Shown piece by piece: positions 56,910 through 64,000 of a stretch of 64,000 bases of DNA; the stretch's first letter is position 1, and each line of letters begins with the position of its first letter. Origin of the DNA: the human T2T-CHM13v2.0 reference genome, Homo sapiens. The notes below the pieces were generated by a model that saw only the letters and a list, made by a program, of their open reading frames with translations, searched no databases and was not told where the DNA came from. Position numbers and translations under genes: made by a program. Where the stretch lies: NCBI RefSeq assembly GCF_009914755.1, contig NC_060927.1. One strand, written 5' to 3'.

Positions 56910-57332
56910 TATCTTAGTCTATTTTGTGTTGCTATACAGGAATACCTGAGACTGGGTAATTTATAAAGAAAAAAAGCTTATTTGGCTCACAGTTCTGCAG
57001 AATGTACAAGAAGCATGGCACCAACATCTGCTTCTGATGAGGGTCTCAAGGAGCTTCCACTCATGGCTGAAGACAAAGGGGATCCAGTGTGTGGAGACAG
57101 AGATCCCATGGCAAGAGAGAAAGTAAGAGAGAGGGGTGTCAGGCTGTAGTTTACAGCCAGCTGTTGTGGGAATGAATAGAGCAAGAACTCATTCATTACA
57201 ACAAGGATGGTACCAAGCCCGCCAGGAGGGATTTGTCCCCATGACCCAAACACCTCGGATTAGACTCCACCTCCAGCTTTGGGATAAAATTTCAACATGA
57301 TATTTGGGAGGACAAACTTCAAAACTTTAGCA
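56910..57332 (-). mobile_element. MST (MSTB1-like) MaLR solo LTR
   Basis: tatcttagtctattttgtgttgctat...gaatacctgagactgggtaatttataaag...aaatttcaacatgatatttggg...tttagca. Confidence 0.9.
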
Positions 57333-58411
57333 GAGTCTTAAGAAACTTACCTCAGGATTCTAGATTTAGGAAGCAATGTCAAAAGAAGACCTAGCACGTG
57401 TGTTTCTAAAGGTTGTGTGCAAACTCTTTCTTCTATTGACAAGGAAATAGAAGTTAGAGGCATAGGAGATGGAGCTGGGGGCTGGGTTGTCTGCAATACT
57501 TTCTTCCTTTATCTTAAGGTCCACCTCCACCTGAAAAGCTGTATTTATTTCATTTGAGATACTGCATAGGTAATGAAGCAAGGTCTCTTGTGCTGAGAGG
57601 CAAATACTGTAATCATCTGCATGACTTGATTCTTTATTTCAGTAATATGAAAATTGTCAAATTATGGATGAATTATGGATGCTACAGATACCTGTAATTT
57701 GCTGCTGCAGTTTTGTAAACACATGCAGCTGCCTTTAATTTTGTTTTACCAGTCATGTAATTCATTAACACACACCTGCAGTTTCCTAAGATACAAAGAC
57801 GAATGAAGCTGGTTTGCAGTTCCCACTCTTTGTGTTTCCTACACTTCTCTGTTTAATCACCACACTCAGAGGTTGAGTAATTGGTTAAAAATAAATGCAT
57901 CTCAAGGAGGAGCCTGGTGATTATCCTTGAAGAACATGCTCAAATTCCCACCTCAGCCATTGACTTAAATCATTGTTTTATCAGCCAAAGCCCAGGGCAG
58001 TTTGGAAATTAAGAAATTTGTAGAATTGATTTTCATTTTTTGCAACTGTTATGGCAACAAAGGCAAATCATTAAAAAATGGATTTTGGAGATAGCTGTTG
58101 GAGACTCCTTAACATGAGAGCCATGACTGGTACTAGTGGGTTCTTGCTGCTTCACCAAGAGGAGTGTTAACCAAGGCCTCATCTGAGAAATGAGGTGTTG
58201 CAAGATGGTACTGGCAGGAAGTACATGTTTTAACCCTTCATTTACTTCTTTCTTTCTTTCCCGCCTATTGAAATTGATGAGTTAGGTTATTTTTGATTGC
58301 TTCCTCTCCTCACTGTCATGCCTGTAAAAAATTTTAAAATGTTTCTTTTCAGAAAAAAAAATTCTCATTTTTGCCAGCTTTTAAAAAACAAGATCTTCAG
58401 TAAAACCATAA

Positions 58412-58665
58412 TAAGAAATAACAGTAATAGCTACTTTTGTTGAGCATTAGCCCTATGGCTAGCACTTTATTAAGAGTGTTGCACAGTCAATTTGTTGAGT
58501 CCTCAACACAACCTAATAACATTGGCTTTATTTTCCTCAATTTATACACTAGAAACTAGAAACTAAAAAACTAAGTGACTTGCTGACATGGGGCCTCTAT
58601 GACTTAAACTCAGGATGGCCATCCTGAGTTTATTCAAACTCAGGATGTTGTATTTCACATAACAA
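58412..58665 (-). mobile_element. MIR
   Basis: aatagctacttttgttgagca...gtcctcaacacaaccta...ctaagtgacttgctga. Confidence 0.65.
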
Positions 58666-58978
58666 TGCCACATAGACTTATACCTCACACAGCTATCCTC
58701 TTGATTCCCTCTACACCTTTCACCATTAACATTCTCCTTTGTATAGCCATAACTGTTACACAAGCTGCAACATATTTTGTAATACTATGCCAGTTCCATT
58801 GCTTTACTCACTTATGTATTTAAGCTATTGTTATTTAATGTACAAAAATGTTCAGTGTGAAGGCTAAAATTATATTGACAATGTCCTAAGTGGCTTTAGG
58901 CAAGATTATAAAGTAAGGCAGGCAGCTTTTCTTGATATTTTCCTGTCCTTTGTATACCAGAACATTTATTAGGCTAAA

Positions 58979-59375
58979 TATCTTAGTTTGCTTTGTGTTG
59001 CTGTAATAGAATACACCAGACTTAGTAATTCATACAGAAAAGAAATTTCTTGCTCACAGTTCTGGAGGCTGGGAAGTCCAATATCAAGGTTCCAGGCAAG
59101 GGAGGGCCTTTGTGCTGAGTCATACCATGGTGGAAGGTGGAAGGGCAAAAAAGCTTGAGAACTGAGAAAAGGGAACCAAACTCACGATTTTCATCAGCAA
59201 CTGACTCCAGCAATAACTAACCCACACCTAAGATAATTAACCCCCTTCTGTGATAATGACATTTATTCATTTATAAGGACAGATCCCTTATGATGTAATC
59301 ACCATAATCAACACCGTTGCATTAGGGATTAAGTTTCCATCACATGAACTTTGGGGAACACATTCAAACTATGGA
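58979..59375 (-). mobile_element. MSTD-like MaLR solo LTR
   Basis: gctcacagttctggaggctgggaagtccaatatcaagg...gcattagggattaagtttcc...catgaactttggggaacacattcaaac. Confidence 0.85.
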
Positions 59376-59524
59376 ACTGAGGAATATAGCCTGCTTCCCC
59401 TGTTCTACACCAAAACTTATACATTCTATGTCTCATTGCTACAAAATCTTATATGCTACTGGATTCTAATTAGCAATGATTAGTTTATCTGAGAAGCTCA
59501 TTCATGTAAATGAATTACCAATAG

Positions 59525-59750
59525 ACATCATTTAATGGAGTTTTACTACATGATAGGCACTGTGGTAAATTCTTTATAAACATTATCTTACAAAGCCCTC
59601 TATGATGGCATTATCTTCATTTATAATTTAGGGAGTTGAGGGACACAAAGATTAAGAAATTTGCCCAAAGAATAATTTTGTAGGCCTTAGAAGCAGGATT
59701 TGAAATTCATTTCTATATGACTCAGAGCCCTGAGTTCTGATCTTTTTGCC
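59525..59750 (-). mobile_element. MIR
   Basis: aggcactgtggtaaat...gattaagaaatttgcccaaag...gcaggatttgaa...tgactcagagccc. Confidence 0.7.
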
Positions 59751-59751
59751 A

Positions 59752-59950
59752 CAGCACTGTTTCTGAAAGTGTGTCTACCTGCATCAGAATCACCTAGGCT
59801 GTTTGTTGAGAATGCTGGTTTGTGGAACGTTCAAAAGACCTGCTAAGTCAGATTCTTTGGGTGCAGAGCTCAGGAATCTGCATTTTTTTTTGCAGTTTTC
59901 CCAAACCTCCCAGACATCTATATAATTTTTAGTCATGTAAAAAGCTTATG
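59752..59950. mobile_element. MER5B-like
   Basis: acctgcatcagaatcacctagg...gacctgctaagtcaga...caggaatctgcattttt. Confidence 0.7.
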
Positions 59951-60084
59951 ACTTTTTGACAAGTTCCATAAGAAGTAAACACAGTGATAGTGCTGTAAAA
60001 CCCTGGTGCAAGTCAGTGAGCAAGACAATTTTGACAGTCCAAAGTCAAAGATGACTGAATATACCACAGAAATCTGACCCTAAT

Positions 60085-60650
60085 GCTGTCAGTTAAATTC
60101 AGTCCCATGATATGAAGACTTGATGCTTTTAGAGAAACCCAAATCAAAGTAGCTGAAGCTCAAAAGGCCATTAATTGCTCTTTTAAAATACAGCTAGATC
60201 TAGGTGCTCAACCATAATCATCACCAATACTTTTCTCTTCATGTTTTGGTTCACCTCTCCTCTGTGTTGGCTTTATTCTTAAGTAGCACTTCCAAAGTGG
60301 TGATGAGGTGGCCCCCACCATCTCCAGGCTTATATTCTGCCAGGTTTAAATTCCCAATGGAAAGAGTTCATCTTTCAGTGTAATTCCTTGAGAAGTCCTA
60401 GGGACTTGGGCCTGGGTAACTCCTCTCCGAACCAAGCAGAAATCAGCAGGGTGGCATGCCCTGGGCAAACTTGAATCTTTTCCAAAGTCCTGAAACTAGA
60501 GAGAGGAGGGAATGGAGAGTGGGACCAGCTGCTTATAAGTCACATGAACTGAGAGTAAGGGAGGCTTGGTCCCCAAAGGGAAGTTGAGTCTTAATAGTAC
60601 AAGGAGAGGGAATGGATGTTGGGCAGACAAATCAATGAATGTCCTTCTCA
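60085..60650 (-). mobile_element. MLT1K-like LTR
   Basis: agagaaacccaaatcaaagtagctgaag..., ctctgtgttggctttattct..., aggagaggggaatggatgttgggcagacaa. Confidence 0.7.
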
Positions 60651-61544
60651 CTCATGAATGGACAAAATGAGTTACTCTTTTTGCTCATAGTCAAGCTATC
60701 ATTTTCCCCTAGGTGACTATTGGTAGCATAATTTTCTCAGCAAATATTTTTAAATGATACAAAATCTAACACAATCCAGTGCTCAACCAGGTGTGTCTAT
60801 ATATAGATCCAATAGCAAACTATTCACATCAGACCCAATTAGTGGAGTTAATAAAATTTATTTCCCAGATGCTTCAAATCACTGAAATGAATAAAGTTGT
60901 TTATGACAGGTCACAGGACACTTTCAAGGACCAGTTAAAAAGTGCTGCAGTTTGGAGAGAGCTCTGAGGTCATGATTAGAAGCTGAGAAGGTGGTAGATG
61001 AGAGAGTGGAAAGAATAGGAATTTTGCTGGGAAAGCTGAAAGATGTGAATAGAAATGAGGATGTTTCTGAGCTGTCATTTGCAAAGCTCTCCTATGGCTT
61101 TGAAGGTCTTTGGAATTGAGCTCTCACAGACTCGTTTTATTTTATTTGTTCATGTTTTACTTATTGTAAACTGCCAGGAATTAGCATCACTTGTATTTGC
61201 AGAGAGAACTTCATGGGTTGGTTAAGATTCTTGTTTCTGTCTGATGAATCCATGGTGTTCTCATGGCTAAGAGACAGCCACTCCAACCTTGACATTTTCC
61301 TTGAGCGAGAGAACCCTGTCATATGACTCCCCTGAATTAGTCATCAGAACAATCCATGGTAAGAAATACTTGCCTTTTTTCATTGCTATTGCCTACGTGT
61401 TGCTTAGATTGCTGCGTGAAAAGTTCAGTTTTTATAATAAGAAAGCTATCCACAAACTTAAGTGTGAGTTTCCTTATATTCTGTTCCCCTTCAATCACTT
61501 TAATTCTGTTTTCTAACTCCCATCCTTTAGGGATGATGAAAAAT

Positions 61545-62000
61545 CCTATGTCAGGCCTTTTATTAGTAAGAGTAATTAATGCTAGCCAGCTTAATGAACA
61601 GCATCCAATTCTTAGTGGTTTAATAGCAAATTAATTTCTTAGTGTTGCCATTGTCTGATTGCTTATTTGGCAGGTGACTTTTCATTTGGTGTTCAGGGAT
61701 CCTGGATCTGTCCATCTCTTTTTGCCAGTATTTTCTAAAACATCCTAAGATAACCCTCCTTCATCCTCTGCATCCAGTCAGCTAATAAGCAAAAAGAAAG
61801 AGCATGGCACATCACCTGAAGGGTTTTAGAGACCTAGAAATTGTCTACATCACTTTTTCCCATAATCCATTGGCCAGATCTACCTACAAGATCCACCTGC
61901 AAGATCCCACCTTTACTGCAGGGAAAACTGATAAATGTAATTTCCCAGTGTACCTAGGCAGGAAAGTGGGTTTGGTGAGCATTCAGCCACCTCCTGCTAC
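61545..62000 (-). mobile_element. Old MLT1 (J-like) LTR
   Basis: tcttagtggtttaatagcaaa..., ttcagggatcctgg..., acatcactttttcccataatccattggccaga...actgcagggaaaactgataaatgta. Confidence 0.7.
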
Positions 62001-62629
62001 AATTATTACTGGGGCTTCCTTTTGCTTCTAGATTATAGTAAAATCTAGGGAACTTAGTTGCAAAGTGGAGCCTCTTTAGCTTATAATATTGCAGCTGGCA
62101 ATCCTCATGTTCCAAACCCCTGTTTCCTTGAGGCTTATGTGTCTCTCCTTTCATCCCCACATGGGAGTCCAGAGACCAGGTCCGCCTTTTTTAGAGAAGC
62201 CATATAGCCATCTGCTCAGTGTTCTTGCTAATACTCTAGGCTTTGCCAGGGAATACATGTGACTTTCCCTGTTCTGGGGACCCTGCCTTGGGGGTAGTTC
62301 TCTCCCTCAACTTGAACTTTTGTCATTTTCTTAAGTACACACGCACCCCACACACTTCTATTCTCCCCAGTGCCCTTGGGACATTGTTTAACTTCTATTT
62401 TCTGCCCCCCACCAAACATAATGGAGGAAGAGAGCATAGAAAGGCTTGGCTACCATTCTGCAATGAAGACAGGGAAAAAGACCAAGAGAAAAATACAAAT
62501 CATAATTTTAAAATTTTGCCATAAATAAAAGTTGAGATGCATTGATTATATTGATTACTTATATCAGGGTTATGCCTTATCAACAACCCAGTTAATCAAC
62601 AAACCAGTTACATCAGGCCCATGCCTTAT

Positions 62630-62805
62630 TAACAAACCAATCCTATGAGTTAAGTAACATTTCTCCCATTTTAAGATGTGGAAACTGAGACTTGAATAAG
62701 TTGTATTACTCATCTCTGGGCATACTCCTCATTAGGTGGCATTCATGACAAGGACCCACGTACAGCAGACTCCAAATCCTGGGTCAGTAGCCACTACATC
62801 ACTCT
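62630..62805 (-). mobile_element. MIR
   Basis: cctatgagttaagta...ctcccattttaagatgtggaaactgagactt...gactccaaatcc. Confidence 0.7.
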
Positions 62806-62894
62806 GCAGTGCCTGATCAGTGGGGAAGCTATAACTATGACATTCTCAGTAGAAGGCTTGCCAACCCCCAGAACTGTGCAGCCTTAGCAGACAG

Positions 62895-63120
62895 GGATAG
62901 CACATTCGCATTTACCAAGCCTTTACCTTATGCCAGGTATTACGTTAGTCAGTTTGTAGATTCTGTCTTGCTTACTTTTTCCAGCATTAATATCATCCCT
63001 AACTTACAGATGAGGGTATGGAAGTTGAGTGAGGATATCGCCTGCCCCGTTATTTCAGATGGAGCCATGTCTCAAACCCTAATCCCTGTGACTCCTTAGT
63101 TCACACTCTATTCCACTCTC
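62895..63120 (-). mobile_element. MIR (degenerate)
   Basis: catttaccaagcctttaccttatgccagg...atcatccctaacttacagatgagg...gatggagccatgtctcaaaccc. Confidence 0.6.
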
Positions 63121-64000
63121 TTATGCCTTGTAGAAGTCCTGTCACTGTGTGGCCCAAGGGGAAGTGATTGTCCCTTGTGATCTATGAGCGTCATAGCCAC
63201 CCCTTTTAAAAGTCTTGGGCCACAAGTTGGAAATTAACAAATCATTCCATCCATAAAGGGAAAATGGAAAGTGCTTCACATGATACGTGAAGATTGAGTA
63301 TGATCCAAACCTAAAGAAAATACTGATGGAAATCTTATTCATAATAATTTCTCTCCATTTCTTGTAAACCTCCATTATATCCCAGTTTCATGAAGTAATT
63401 GCAGGGTGTCAAACTTGAACAGCTTAAAGTTATATAATTAATTGCATTCAGCTTCAGTTACAATTACTAATTGATCCAAGCCTGCCAGCATAGCACCTGG
63501 CAGCAGTCAGGAACACAACAGCGGTTGCAGGCAGGTGGTTGCAATAATTAGGTTACTACTTTTTTTCCCCCTTCAAGTACCAGGTGGTCCAAACCCCAGG
63601 GTCAAGCAGACTGTATTTGGCCCAAGGGTACCGTTTCTGACATCTGAGTTCTTTTGAAGAAACTAAGTGCAGTGGCAGAATATACTAGCCCGGAACATGG
63701 TAAAAAAGCACAAGCACCAAACTGGGCTTACTGCAGCAGAATCAGGGAAGAGGATCCAGCATCCCAAATAAGGTCTGGAGAAAGGGACAGACTCTTAAAC
63801 CAGCAGTCAGGATATTTCTGAGATTTTGGCTTTCAGGCTAGCCCTTCTAACTAGGTATCTGGGAAATAAGAAGGAATGAGGATCCAAAAGCAGGCATGCA
63901 ATCTGAGTTTGTAAGCAACGCTGCCTGGTAGTCATAAGCATCAGACTGGAAATCAGGTAGATGTTCTTGTTTGTCTGCTTGGTTGTTTTATTTTCTCCTG

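Noticed and set aside
58045-58058. Second RFX-like site (actgttatggcaac)
   Set aside because: Only the right half-site matches; too weak alone.

Overview
Primate (most likely human) AT-rich, gene-poor DNA with no CpG island. Much of it is interspersed repeat: Alu, L1PA/L1M, L2, MIR, MaLR/ERVL solo LTRs and hAT MER elements, plus microsatellites. The only recognisable gene-derived sequence is an intronless retrocopy of COPS8 (CSN8, COP9 signalosome subunit 8) at 52553-53348 (+). It keeps a full-length uninterrupted 209-codon ORF, has an A-rich tail and a perfect 15-bp target-site duplication, and splits an older MIR. From memory such a copy (COPS8P2) lies in a large intron of TAFA1 on human 3p14, but the sequence alone cannot confirm this. 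I recognised no spliced exons, RNA genes or CRISPR arrays, and nearly all other ORFs in the track are L1, Alu, LTR or low-complexity artefacts. I found no convincing new biological system. The best leads are the intact retro-ORF and its short 3'UTR, a twin-primed inverted L1, a duplication/inversion scar, a ~700-bp structured GGT/GAT repeat and a candidate RFX-motif enhancer. Repeat subfamilies were called by eye from remembered consensus sequences; boundaries are approximate unless a TSD is cited.
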